64,000 bases of DNA from an uncultured cyanobacterium (lineage in GTDB: Bacteria > Cyanobacteriota > Cyanobacteriia > Cyanobacteriales > Nostocaceae), in assembly GCA_963740315.1 (NCBI GenBank), contig CAVUDP010000002.1:1-64000 (forward strand). Reading direction: 5' to 3'. The translations under genes and the position numbers were made by a program. The notes beneath the pieces are model-generated. The model was not told where the DNA came from and searched no databases. It saw nothing but the letters and a program-made list of their open reading frames with translations. This document shows, piece after piece, positions 30,886 through 41,457 of the stretch. The number at the start of each line of letters is the position of its first letter. The stretch's first letter is position 1.

Positions 30886-30914
30886 ATAGTACGCTTGAAC
30901 TATTAAAATGTCAA
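30886..30914 (-). promoter_or_regulatory. Sigma70-type promoter with overlapping palindrome
   Basis: Minus strand TTGACA (30914-30909)-17 nt-TACTAT (30891-30886); palindrome ATAGTACGCTTGAACTAT 30886-30903. Confidence 0.6.
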
Positions 30915-31501
30915 ATTCTATCTTGTTTCAAGCAAAACGTGTTATAAGAATTATTGCTAAAAAACTAAAGTTTCTACAGATTTAAACAGACATCTCTCCT
31001 AGAAGGAATTCCGGCTTCATTTCCCCCTTCCCTATGAAGGAAGGGGGGTAGGGGGTTAGGTTTTTATGTAAATTAGATGTCTAATATGAATATCGATGAA
31101 ACGTGAATTAAATATACAATTTATAAAGTAAAAATTATCACTTGAAAACGGCAATAGTTAGATGATTAAATATTCAAACAACTATATAATCAATTAAATG
31201 TTATGCCCTGGAAAAAGTTTATGTTTATTTACCTTTGAAAATAAAACTTAATATAAAACTGCCCTGTTTATTTATAATTGATATTGATATTTGATTAAAC
31301 CCAAACATATTATGCATTAGCCGAAATATGGACAAGTAATACTTCTATCAAAAGTATGATTAATAATTCTTTAAAATACTATCTAAGGGGTGGTATTATT
31401 GCAGTTGGTTGATAAATAAGTTTGCTCGGAAGATTGATGTAACTGTTGACTTTTTTGTATTAGAACTATATTAGAAAAGTTAATTGGGAAGATAGATTGC
31501 G

Positions 31502-31921
31502 ATGAAATCCGATAAAAATAAAAATAAAATGCAAATAGTAAAGCGTTACTGTCTATCAATTTTTAGCGGTTTTTTACTACTTAGCACTGTATTCTTTGGC
31601 GTATCGCAAGCGGCGGTTGCTAGCCCAATAGATGGATATTCGCAACAAATAATAGCCGCAAATCCTTTGAGAGGTACGGGTGATAGAATTGGAGGTGAAG
31701 CAGAGCAAGCATTAGGAAAAGCTCAACGTAACCTTGGTGACTCTACCGAACAAACATTAGAAGGCGCAGGAAAAGAAGTCAAAGGTTTAGCGAAGCAAGC
31801 CAGAGGTGGAGTTAAACAAGGAATTGAAAATACTAAATCAGCTGCTGATAAAGCTTCCGATAAAGCAGAGCGAGGCGGCAAAAACTTTATTGATACTATC
31901 AAAGGTTTCTTTGGTAACTAA
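31502..31921 (+). CDS. CsbD-like stress protein with signal/TM segment
   Basis: GEAEQALGKAQ...EGAGKEVKGLAKQ low-complexity helical pattern. Confidence 0.6.
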   Translation: MKSDKNKNKMQIVKRYCLSIFSGFLLLSTVFFGVSQAAVASPIDGYSQQIIAANPLRGTGDRIGGEAEQALGKAQRNLGDSTEQTLEGAGKEVKGLAKQARGGVKQGIENTKSAADKASDKAERGGKNFIDTIKGFFGN

Positions 31922-32229
31922 AGGTAAATAAAAAACAAAGTAAACTAACTTTAGACTCTTTGTCTGATATAGTTGAAACAGGTTTAAAATAACGAAAACC
32001 AAGCTATTTTGTCTTTCAAGACAACTCGAAATATTTAAAAATTAAGTAGACGAGTTGAAGGTAGAAGTAGCGCACGCTAACGGTAAATGTGGATTATTAA
32101 GTAATTATAAAAATATGTTTAATACTTCCCATCCATCCTTTTAGCAGCGCCATTTCTAATGTTTAATTAAACAACAACGGCTTGGTTTTCCCCAATTAAA
32201 ATAACTTCCGTAAATTTGGAGCAGAGACA

Positions 32230-32589
32230 ATGATTGTTCGTTTTAAGTTCCCATCAGTGCGTCCACTTCGTTTTGTAGTTGCAGCATTAATGTGCGTAAT
32301 GCTGTTATTATCCACCGCGCTTCCCGCTGCTGCAATTGGCACTAACAAAAGTTCTCCCACTGATAAAGGAGCGGAGCAGTTAAATGAGATTCAACAAAAA
32401 ACTCAGGAGTTAACTGAAAATAATGCTCCTTCAAACGAAAGAGTAATCAATGAATCTAACAAAGGGTTGAACGAAGTTCAAGGAGCAGCTAACGCCCAAA
32501 ACATGAACAGTCCATCCAACAGTCAAAATGCTGTAACCGTGGAAGATAAGGTAGAAGGATTTCTCGAAAAAATCACTGGCAGTAAGTAA
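32230..32589 (+). CDS. Low-temperature/desiccation-induced protein-like
   Basis: Signal peptide, G(A)EQLNEIQ, GLNEVQGAA and VEDKVEGFLEKITG motifs. Confidence 0.65.
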   Translation: MIVRFKFPSVRPLRFVVAALMCVMLLLSTALPAAAIGTNKSSPTDKGAEQLNEIQQKTQELTENNAPSNERVINESNKGLNEVQGAANAQNMNSPSNSQNAVTVEDKVEGFLEKITGSK

Positions 32590-32644
32590 CAAGCTTAATT
32601 GCTTTGATATACGCGGGATTGTATAATCTTCTCAATCGACATCT

Positions 32645-32685
32645 ATTTTGGTCAAGTGTAGAAATCTACCTTGACCAAAATTTTT
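32645..32685 (+). terminator. Probable intrinsic terminator
   Basis: ATTTTGGTCAAG...CTTGACCAAAAT hairpin followed by T-run. Confidence 0.6.
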
Positions 32686-32904
32686 AGATGTTAATTAATT
32701 TAGATTTTGGTTTTTAAAAGCTGTATACCAATAAAAATACTTTTTAACATCTTCTTATAGGATGATTTAGGAGATGATAATTACAAAATTAAATTCCCCT
32801 ATAGATAGAACCTATAATTACATCGTTAGAATGGTTAAAAATTAACAGTATTTTCGTAGTATGAGGCTTGTGGATTTAAATTCAATAATATCAGGTATTT
32901 TAAA

Positions 32905-33105
32905 ATGAGCGAAGCCAAAATTCCCAAAACTGACAGCGAACCGAATCAAGAAGCTGAGTTAACCAAAGACGCGATCGCTGAAGAACAAGAAAAAGCTAGT
33001 AACGTTGATGTTGATAAGGATTACGAAGCGTCCGAGCAATATAAAACAGGTAAAATGAGTAAAGAAAAGGAAGAGGGAGACAGTACAGTTACTCCTTCAC
33101 TTTAG
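32905..33105 (+). CDS. Small acidic hydrophilic hypothetical protein
   Basis: 66-aa ORF with VDVDKDYEAS, inside the stress cluster. Confidence 0.6.
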   Translation: MSEAKIPKTDSEPNQEAELTKDAIAEEQEKASNVDVDKDYEASEQYKTGKMSKEKEEGDSTVTPSL

Positions 33106-33478
33106 AATAACAACTTTTTATCCGAGCCTTATTTTAAAGCTTCAATATGAGGCAATAATTAAGGCTCGTCATCTTTTATATAAAATTATTTATTTAAATT
33201 GATTAACTTAACTATTAAGATGGTATCCCCATAAGATGAGGATTTCTAAGTCAAGTATTAAATTAGACTTTATTTTAGCTATCTTTGACTTTTTTACGTA
33301 TTTATTGGGTAACAAACATGATTACTTGAACCAGTATTGTTTGGTTATAAACTTGTAATCCTACTATATAAATAAATTTAACTTTAAAATCTAACTAAAG
33401 ATTCCAACTTACGATTGATTTTTCCAAAAAATTAATATGTTCAAATTGAAAAAGAGTTGAATTTAGAGAAAGTAAATT

Positions 33479-34012
33479 ATGCGTAGCATTAATATTGGTC
33501 TAACAGAAGAACAACGTAAAGGTGTTTGCGAACTGTTGAATAACGACTTAGCAGACGCTTACCTACTGCTAGTTAAAACCAAGAAGTACCATTGGGATGT
33601 TGTCGGACCTCAATTCCGCAGTTTGCATACTTTGTGGGAAGAACACTATCAAACTTTAACCATGAGCATTGACTCTATTGCCGAGCGAGTTCGTGCTTTG
33701 GGTAACTTTCCTGTAGGTACTATGGAAGGATTTCTGAAATTAGCATCTTTGAAAGAAAATCCAGAAACACTACCTTTAGCAACTCAAATGGTATCTAGTT
33801 TGGTAGATGACCACGAGCAGGTGATCCGTAATTTGCGCGAGCATATCGATGCTTGTGGCGAAAAGTTCCATGATGAAGGAACTGCTGATTTCCTCACCGG
33901 ATTAATGGAAGGACACGAAGAAATGGCTTGGATGTTGCGCTCCTTTATTGAAGGAGAATCTCTACACGCTGATGGAAAACCATCTGGAAAAACCGCTGTA
34001 GGCGTTAACTAG
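33479..34012 (+). CDS. dps: Dps DNA-protection ferritin-like protein
   Basis: KYHWDVVGPQFRSLHTLWE, DSIAERVRALG, HEEMAWML. Confidence 0.95.
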   Translation: MRSINIGLTEEQRKGVCELLNNDLADAYLLLVKTKKYHWDVVGPQFRSLHTLWEEHYQTLTMSIDSIAERVRALGNFPVGTMEGFLKLASLKENPETLPLATQMVSSLVDDHEQVIRNLREHIDACGEKFHDEGTADFLTGLMEGHEEMAWMLRSFIEGESLHADGKPSGKTAVGVN

Positions 34013-34084
34013 AATTAAATCTATTCCATCCTATTTCACTTTAAATTTATACTCGTGAACTGCATTTAAAACAGGGGAATCCAT

Positions 34085-34849
34085 ATGTCTGAATATAAAG
34101 CAGAACGTACTGTTTCAGCCGTTTTTAAAGAACAAGAACAAGTTGATAAGGTCGTCCGTCGTTTGTTAGATAGAAACGTATCCCGCGACCACATTTCGGT
34201 TATGGGAAACAACTTTCAATCTGAAACTAGAATTTCAGGTTTTATTACTAAGAAAGACGTAATTTTCGGCGGATTGCGATCGGGTGCAATTTTTGGTTCT
34301 TTGTTCGGTTCGTTGTTAGGCTTACTCTCCGGTGTGGGTGTGCTGTTTATTCCCTTCGTAGGTCCTGTTGTAGCAGCAGGTCCCATCGGTGGAGCGCTTT
34401 TAGGAGCTGCCAGTGGCGCATTAGCGGGTAGTGCTGGCGCGGGTTTAGCATCGGTGCTAATAAGTTTAGGTATGCCCAAAGAGAAAGCCGCGATTTACGA
34501 AACTCGCTTGAAAGCTGGTGAATTTATCGTCATGGCGGAAGTATCTGCGGATAAAACCGGAGAAATTTCACTTCTTTTAGAAAGCGCTGGTGGTGAAGAA
34601 GTTCACACTACTGAAGCTGCTTTACCTCGCGCTTGCTCCGGTAAGTGTAATAGCCCCGAAGACTTAGCCCCCGAAGTGCGATCGCATTTATCCCAAGACG
34701 CACAAAAAACTTTCATCGACCGCTACAACACCGTGTTAGATGAATTAAATGACGAAAGTAAAGCGGAAGAAGCTGCTTGGAATGCAGTTCACGAAAAATA
34801 TGAAGAAGATGAAAATGGAGTTTGGTCTAAACAAAAGGTAACAGCCTAA
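34085..34849 (+). CDS. General stress membrane protein with C-terminal ChaB domain
   Basis: Gly-rich [24 protein letters not shown]...AQKTF...[11 protein letters not shown]. Confidence 0.8.
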   Translation: MSEYKAERTVSAVFKEQEQVDKVVRRLLDRNVSRDHISVMGNNFQSETRISGFITKKDVIFGGLRSGAIFGSLFGSLLGLLSGVGVLFIPFVGPVVAAGPIGGALLGAASGALAGSAGAGLASVLISLGMPKEKAAIYETRLKAGEFIVMAEVSADKTGEISLLLESAGGEEVHTTEAALPRACSGKCNSPEDLAPEVRSHLSQDAQKTFIDRYNTVLDELNDESKAEEAAWNAVHEKYEEDENGVWSKQKVTA

Positions 34850-35120
34850 AAGCTGTAAGGGATGAAGTTATAAAGTACTTGTTTACTTATGACTTCATCC
34901 TTAATACTCCCCTTTTTTAACAGAAATTGGGGTAACTTTAACGTTTAGAATGCAAAAAATGAGAAGTATGAAGTCATAACTAAACTTTATGCTTCATATT
35001 TTATTCTTTATTTTTAAAAATTACTCGCAGAAATTCTATCTTCTACTTAATTAAGTATAGAACTAAATACTTTCATCGAACCAAAATAAGTAAAAAAAAT
35101 CTAATAATTAATCACTATTA

Positions 35121-36686
35121 ATGCAAAAATATTACGACATAATTATTATAGGGACTGGTGCGGGGGGTGGTACTTTAGCTTATGCTTTAGCTTCTACTGG
35201 TAAAAAAATACTGTTAGTAGAAAGAGGTGAATATATTCCCAGAGAAAAACAAAATTGGGATGTAAAAGCGGTTTACAGTTCGGGGCGTTATCGTACCGAT
35301 CAGCGGTGGTTAGATGCAAAAGATAAGAATTTTCAACCTACTCTTTATCATAAAGTTGGGGGTAGTACTAAAATCTACGGTGCTGCTTTATTGCGAATGC
35401 GACAGGAAGATTTTGATGAGATAGAGCATTATGAAGGGGTTTCACCTGCGTGGGATTTGAAGTACGAAGACTTTGAACCATACTACACTCAAGCAGAAAA
35501 GCTGTATAAAGTTCATGGAAAACGTGGGGAAGATCCCAGCGAACCGGCGGCAGAAAAAGAATACGATTATCCAGTATTACCCCATGAACCGCGAATCAAG
35601 CAAGTTGCCGATAAATTAGAGAAATTAGGTTTAAAACCGTTTTCTTTACCAATGGGAATCGATCGCGATACTTTCAATGTGAATCAAAGTCCTTGTATTC
35701 GTTGTGATACTTGCGATGGATATCCTTGTTTGGTTGATGCCAAAGCTGATGCTCAGGTTTGTTGCGTAGATGAAGCATTAAAATACGAAAACGTCAGCTT
35801 AATTACAAACGCCCACGTTAACTGTTTGGTAACAAATACAGACGGCAGTGAAGTAATAGGTGTGGAAGCAACCGTAAAAGGCGAACCAGAGTTTTTCAGT
35901 AGCGATATTGTAGTAGTTGCTTGCGGTGCAATTAATTCCGCCGCCTTATTATTACGTTCGGTGTCGGATAGTCATCCCAATGGTTTGGCTAATTCTTCGG
36001 GAATGGTAGGACGTAACTTAGTTAAGCATAATACAACTAAACTTTATGCTATTTCCACAGTCAAGAACGAAACAGTTTTTCAGAAAACTTTAGCGATTAA
36101 CGACTTTTACTTTGGTTCACCAGAAGATGTAAAACCGTTAGGTCACATTCATTTAATGGGTAAGCATAAATGGGAAATGATGCAACCAGATTTTCCGCGA
36201 TGGGTACCGTCAAGTTTATTAAAAGTTTTTGCCGATCGTTCTGTAGATTGGTGGATGCAAAGTGAGGACTTACCGTGGGTTGAAAATCGTGTAGAAATAG
36301 CAAAAAACGGACAAATAAAAGTTTATTATCGTCCAAACAACACAAAAGCCCATCGTCGTTTGCGACACCAATTTGAAAAAGTACTCCGAAAAGCTGGGTT
36401 TCCGATAATTTTTGGTATACCGATGCCGTTAAAAATTATGAACCATCAGGGAGGAACTTGCCGATTTGGTAGTGACTCAACAGTCAACGTTCTCGATTTA
36501 AATTGTCGCAGCCACGATGTAGAGAATCTTTATGTGGTAGATTCTAGTTTCTTTCCTTCAATAGGAGCGATGAATCCCACATTAACTATAGTAGCTAATG
36601 CTTTAAGAGTAGCCGAACATCTCAAGCAAAGATTAAATGTAAGTTTGGATGGTAAGGGTTTGTTGAGTAAAACAGAAAAAGTTTGA
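35121..36686 (+). CDS. GMC family oxidoreductase
   Basis: IIIGTGAGGG FAD motif, CIRCDTCDGYPC, HQGGTCRFG, NLYVVDSSFFP, NPTLT. Confidence 0.92.
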   Translation: MQKYYDIIIIGTGAGGGTLAYALASTGKKILLVERGEYIPREKQNWDVKAVYSSGRYRTDQRWLDAKDKNFQPTLYHKVGGSTKIYGAALLRMRQEDFDEIEHYEGVSPAWDLKYEDFEPYYTQAEKLYKVHGKRGEDPSEPAAEKEYDYPVLPHEPRIKQVADKLEKLGLKPFSLPMGIDRDTFNVNQSPCIRCDTCDGYPCLVDAKADAQVCCVDEALKYENVSLITNAHVNCLVTNTDGSEVIGVEATVKGEPEFFSSDIVVVACGAINSAALLLRSVSDSHPNGLANSSGMVGRNLVKHNTTKLYAISTVKNETVFQKTLAINDFYFGSPEDVKPLGHIHLMGKHKWEMMQPDFPRWVPSSLLKVFADRSVDWWMQSEDLPWVENRVEIAKNGQIKVYYRPNNTKAHRRLRHQFEKVLRKAGFPIIFGIPMPLKIMNHQGGTCRFGSDSTVNVLDLNCRSHDVENLYVVDSSFFPSIGAMNPTLTIVANALRVAEHLKQRLNVSLDGKGLLSKTEKV

Positions 36687-36734
36687 GTTTTAAACTAATA
36701 CGGATATTATTGCCTTCAGGAGTTTTTGATTAAA

Positions 36735-37727
36735 ATGCAACCAGCAACAATTAATAGGGGACAAGACAGCGCATCCGCCAAGCAAAGGCTAAATACAGAT
36801 ACCGTGCGGTCTTTTTTAGTTCAAATTGGGCGAGTACCATTACTAACTCGTGAAGAAGAAATATTTTATGCCCAACAAGTTAAGCAGTTAGTTCAATTAC
36901 TGGAAATTAGATCGAATTTAACAACTAAATTAGACTCAGAACCCGCTTTTTCCGTTTGGGCTGATGCAGCAGAAATGAGCGAATCTCAACTGCAAGAAAC
37001 CCTCGATAAAGGAGAATCTTCTCGACAAAAAATGATTGAGGCGAACTTGCGTTTAGTAGTAGCGATCGCCAAAAAATATCAGCACCGTAATTTAGAGTTT
37101 GTCGATTTAATTCAAGAAGGAACTTTGGGTTTACAAAGAGGAGTAGAAAAATTTGACCCCGACAAAGGATATAAATTTTCTACCTACGCTTATTGGTGGA
37201 TCAGACAGGCGATTACACGGGCATTAGATCAAAAAAGTCGTTCCATCCGTTTACCGATTCACGTATGTCAAACTCTGAAAAAAATTAAGAAAGCCCGCCG
37301 AGATTTGACCCAAGAATTAGGACGTACCCCAACAATAGCGGATATTGCCGCCAAGGTATCTTTAAAACCTTCGCAAATTCAAGATTATTTACATATGTCG
37401 CGTCAACCCGTATCCTTAGATTTACGAGTTGGTGAAGGACAAGATACCGAATTACAAGACTTACTTGAAGATACAAGTTCTTCCATAGAAGATTATGCCA
37501 ATCATCAATCATTGCGCGAATGTCTGAACGAAATGCTGGTTGAATTAACACCCCAACAGCGAGAAGTTGTCAATTTACACTTTGGTTTAAGAGATGGACG
37601 CGAATTAACATTAACCGAAGTCGCCAAACGTATGGATATTTCTCATACCAGAGTCCGACAACTACAGCGTCAAGCGATCGCTCGTTTGCGTCGCAAGAAA
37701 ATGAAAGTTAAAAGTTTTATTGCATGA
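36735..37727 (+). CDS. RNA polymerase sigma factor, RpoD/SigA family (group 2-type)
   Basis: IGRVPLLT, MIEANLRLVVAIAKKY, DLIQEG, YKFSTYAYWWIRQAITR, region-4 HTH; no region 1.1. Confidence 0.92.
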   Translation: MQPATINRGQDSASAKQRLNTDTVRSFLVQIGRVPLLTREEEIFYAQQVKQLVQLLEIRSNLTTKLDSEPAFSVWADAAEMSESQLQETLDKGESSRQKMIEANLRLVVAIAKKYQHRNLEFVDLIQEGTLGLQRGVEKFDPDKGYKFSTYAYWWIRQAITRALDQKSRSIRLPIHVCQTLKKIKKARRDLTQELGRTPTIADIAAKVSLKPSQIQDYLHMSRQPVSLDLRVGEGQDTELQDLLEDTSSSIEDYANHQSLRECLNEMLVELTPQQREVVNLHFGLRDGRELTLTEVAKRMDISHTRVRQLQRQAIARLRRKKMKVKSFIA

Positions 37728-37898
37728 TTTGCTTGGGCATGGGGATAAGGTTAAAGGTCTGCATGTTAAAGGTTAAAAATATTAACTAACTCTTAACTCC
37801 TAACTCCGGTGGTCCTAACTTTTTAATTCCCCCCATCCCCCCATCCCCCCATCTCCCCCGAACCCCATCTCCCCATCCCCCCATCCCTAATAAAAACA

Positions 37899-38363
37899 AT
37901 GCTAAAATCCTGGATGGTAATCGGAGCCGTAACCTTTATAGTGGCTCTCGGAAGTAGTATAATTAGACCCAAAGATATTAAATGGTTTAAGCGATTGCAA
38001 AGACCGCGTTGGTTAACATTTGAAAAGCTGATTCCTGTAATTTGGACGGTAATTTTTATTTGCGGTGCTTGGTCTGCTTATATAGTTTGGGAAAGCGATC
38101 CTGGTAGTTCCCAAACTTGGTTTTTGATGGGTTTATATCTACTTTTAGAAATTGTTATTGTTGCTTTCACCCCCGTGTCACTTTGGTTGCAAAATATGAA
38201 AGCTGGGGCAATTGTCGGGGGAATAGGATTTGCGATCGGAATTATTCTAACTTTGTTTGTTTTACCAGTTTCTGGTTGGGCGGCATTGTTATTAGTGCCT
38301 TATCTGCTTTGGAGTCCTATCGGTACTTATACTGCTTGGAAAATATATCAGTTGAATCAGTGA
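37899..38363 (+). CDS. tspO: TspO/MBR family membrane protein (second copy)
   Basis: WFKRLQRPRWL, IPVIWT, LLVPYLLWSP. Confidence 0.88.
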   Translation: MLKSWMVIGAVTFIVALGSSIIRPKDIKWFKRLQRPRWLTFEKLIPVIWTVIFICGAWSAYIVWESDPGSSQTWFLMGLYLLLEIVIVAFTPVSLWLQNMKAGAIVGGIGFAIGIILTLFVLPVSGWAALLLVPYLLWSPIGTYTAWKIYQLNQ

Positions 38364-38558
38364 CCAGTGACCAGTTGATATCAAAAAATATTTAATAATT
38401 AAATTTTTAGGTGTTTTGGTATATAATAAACCGGGTTTCTTATACTCTAAGTACGAGCATATGCGATATTTAGCAATAGAAACCCGGTTTCTTAGGTCTT
38501 AACGTTTAGTTAATAAATAACAACTAACTACTATCAACTAATAACTAACAACTAAAAT

Positions 38559-39602
38559 ATGTTAATTGCACAAGCGTCATCTGCAACGGAAAATGCAAAA
38601 GAGGAAATAACATCGGCTTGGGGTAGAACTCAATTGTTGATAGATAATACTATCGCTCGATTACCAAGTATTATATTGGCAATTGTGGTTTTTGTTGTCT
38701 TTTTCTTTGTTGCTAGAGCTATTAAATTAACAATAAGACGAGTGACGCGCCATCGTCGCAATGCTCGCAGTTTGGGAATGGTTTTGGGGCGCTTGGCACA
38801 AGGTTTAACAATATTAGTAGGTGCGTTTGTTGCGCTAACAATTGTTATTCCTTCGTTTAAAGTTGGCGATTTGGTGCAACTTTTGGGAATCAGTGGTGTT
38901 GCGGTTGGTTTTGCTTTCCGCGATATTTTGCAAAACTTCCTAGCTGGAATTTTGATTTTACTTACCGAACCTTTTGAAATTGACGACCAAATAGTATTTA
39001 AAAACTTTGAAGGTACTGTAGAAAATATTGAAACGCGAGCAACTACAATTAGAACTTATGATGGTCGCCGGATTGTGATTCCGAATGCCGAACTTTTTAC
39101 CAATTCCGTTACAGTTAATACTGCTTTTGAAAAGCGACGTATAGAATATGATTTTGGTATCGGCTATGGAGATGATATTGACGAGGCAAAACAGTTAATC
39201 TTAGAAACAATAAACGAAACCGAAGGTGTGCTTCAAGATCCCGCAGCGGATGTACTTGTGATGGAATTAGCAGACTTTACCGTTAATATTCGCGGTAGAT
39301 GGTGGATTAGTCCTCCTCGTCGCGCCGATACACTCGATTTTCGCGATAAAGTACTTATAGCAGTCAAAAATAAATTAACGGCTAACGGTATTGATATGCC
39401 ATTCCCAACTCAGCAAATCCTCTTCCACGATCAAACAGAAGAGACAGATGGCAACAGAAATCGTCAGCGAGAAGGATGGCCCTCTGGCTCCGGGAAAGTG
39501 CCCCAAAGCCGCAGTATTGGCGGTTCTTTAAACCGATTAATCAAAAGCCAATCGTCAGAGGAAGATAGAGACGGTAACGGCAAAGCGATCTTTGATAAAT
39601 AA
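38559..39602 (+). CDS. mscS: Small-conductance mechanosensitive channel (MscS family)
   Basis: GVAVGFAFRDILQNFLAG, GTVENIETRATTIRTYDGRRIVIPN, IDMPFP. Confidence 0.92.
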   Translation: MLIAQASSATENAKEEITSAWGRTQLLIDNTIARLPSIILAIVVFVVFFFVARAIKLTIRRVTRHRRNARSLGMVLGRLAQGLTILVGAFVALTIVIPSFKVGDLVQLLGISGVAVGFAFRDILQNFLAGILILLTEPFEIDDQIVFKNFEGTVENIETRATTIRTYDGRRIVIPNAELFTNSVTVNTAFEKRRIEYDFGIGYGDDIDEAKQLILETINETEGVLQDPAADVLVMELADFTVNIRGRWWISPPRRADTLDFRDKVLIAVKNKLTANGIDMPFPTQQILFHDQTEETDGNRNRQREGWPSGSGKVPQSRSIGGSLNRLIKSQSSEEDRDGNGKAIFDK

Positions 39603-40954
39603 TGAAAGATATCAGACTGGGTAAACTATGGGATTCAGTTAATTCAAGCTACTGGTTTGTACCCGCAGTCATGATGGCTGGAGCAATTGCGATCGCCTTT
39701 GCTTTACTCAAAATAGATAGATTGGGTTACTACGGCCCGATCCAAAAGTGGGGTTGGATTTATGCAGGTAGTGCCGATGGTGCCCGTGGCGTACTTTCGG
39801 CGATCGCAGGTTCCACGATCGGCATCACCGCTACAGCTTTTTCTATCACGATCGTGGCGCTTCAGCTTGCTTCTTCAAATTTTGGTCCTCGTCTGCTACG
39901 TAAGTTTATGAAGGATATGGGGAATAAAGTAGTACTTGGTACGTTTATTAGTACTTTTATTTATTCCTTGTTGATATTAAGAGCAGTTTATGGAAGCGGT
40001 GACGATCGCGTTCAATTTGTACCGCATCTCTCGGTAACGGTAGGAATTATTTTAGCTGTAATTAGTACCGCCGTGCTAATTTATTTTATCCATCATTCAT
40101 CGACTATTATTCAGGTTTCTTACATCGTTTCCGAAGTCAGTAAAGAATTAGATGACGCTATAGAAAGATTATTTCCCCAAAAAATAGGATACAGCGCCGA
40201 GCATAAGCATTCGCAAGCGGAAATTCCCGATATCGATCGAGAAGCTTTCCCAGTTAGAACTTCAGAAAAAGGTTACGTCCAAGCAATTGATACCGATAAA
40301 TTGATGGATATAGCCTGCAAACATAACTTAATAGTAAAAATATTAACTAAACCGGGAAAGTTTGTCATTCAAACAGGTTATTTAGTCAAAATACTTTCGA
40401 TGGATGATAATGGCAACACACCCCCCTTTAAAGATATCCAAAAGCAAATTCACCATTCTTTTATTTTAGGTAGAGAACGTACCGAACAACAAGATGTTGA
40501 ATTTCCCATCAGTCAATTAGTTGAAATAGCTTTACGCGCTTTATCTCCAAGCCTTAACGATCCTTTCACCGCTATTCGTTGCATAGATCACCTCAGTGCC
40601 GGACTTTCTCGTTTAGCTCAAACTGATTATCCTTCCCCTTATCGCTACGATGGTTTTGACAATCTCCGCGTAATTGCCGAACCAGTAACGTTTGCAGGGT
40701 TGACTGATGTTGCTTTTAACCAGATTCGCCGAAATAGTACCAGCGATGTAGCAGTGAGCGTTCGTTTATTGGAATCGATCGCCGTAATTGCTGAATATGC
40801 AGAAAATCCAGATAAAACAGCCCTACGTCGTCATGCAGATTTAATATTCAAAGGTAGTTGTGAAGGATTATCCTTTGAGAGCGATCGCCAAGATGTTGAA
40901 CAAAGTTATCAAGTCGCATTAAAAGCGCTGAGTAAAAACAAATTAGCTAATTAA
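39602..40954 (+). CDS. DUF2254-family membrane protein, translationally coupled to mscS
   Basis: FSITIVALQLASSNFGPRLL and RALSPSLNDPFTA; TAATG stop/start overlap. Confidence 0.85.
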   Translation: MKDIRLGKLWDSVNSSYWFVPAVMMAGAIAIAFALLKIDRLGYYGPIQKWGWIYAGSADGARGVLSAIAGSTIGITATAFSITIVALQLASSNFGPRLLRKFMKDMGNKVVLGTFISTFIYSLLILRAVYGSGDDRVQFVPHLSVTVGIILAVISTAVLIYFIHHSSTIIQVSYIVSEVSKELDDAIERLFPQKIGYSAEHKHSQAEIPDIDREAFPVRTSEKGYVQAIDTDKLMDIACKHNLIVKILTKPGKFVIQTGYLVKILSMDDNGNTPPFKDIQKQIHHSFILGRERTEQQDVEFPISQLVEIALRALSPSLNDPFTAIRCIDHLSAGLSRLAQTDYPSPYRYDGFDNLRVIAEPVTFAGLTDVAFNQIRRNSTSDVAVSVRLLESIAVIAEYAENPDKTALRRHADLIFKGSCEGLSFESDRQDVEQSYQVALKALSKNKLAN

Positions 40955-41457
40955 ATCTTTAAACTGTATTTCAAATCGAAACCGAGTCCAAGATATCACC
41001 TACGAAATATATCTTAAGTTAGTTGTGTAATATATTTCTCGGAATTATAATCAAACGAATCGCATATACTCACAACTTCCTCAAACTTTTGCTTTATAAA
41101 TGAAATAATTGCACCGTACCGAGAAATTGTAAACAAATATGAAGTATGTTAATCTTGCTCCCCGCTCGTATCTTCAACGAATAGTCTCAACTCTGGATAA
41201 TTAATTATCATCAAAAATCTCTCTAAATGCTACGGATAACTGTTTCCTTACTCAAAAGAAAATATTGGTAATGGTTCTAAAAAGATTGTAATTAAATAAG
41301 CAGACTTGACATTAGAATACTTGCAATATTTCTACATAAAACAAACAATACTTGTAAAAACACATATGGCTCAGATAGGATTATTTACTGAAGCAGAGCC
41401 ATAAACGTATACATCGGCGATCGTGAATAATTACCATTTTTTAAAAAGGATACCAAA

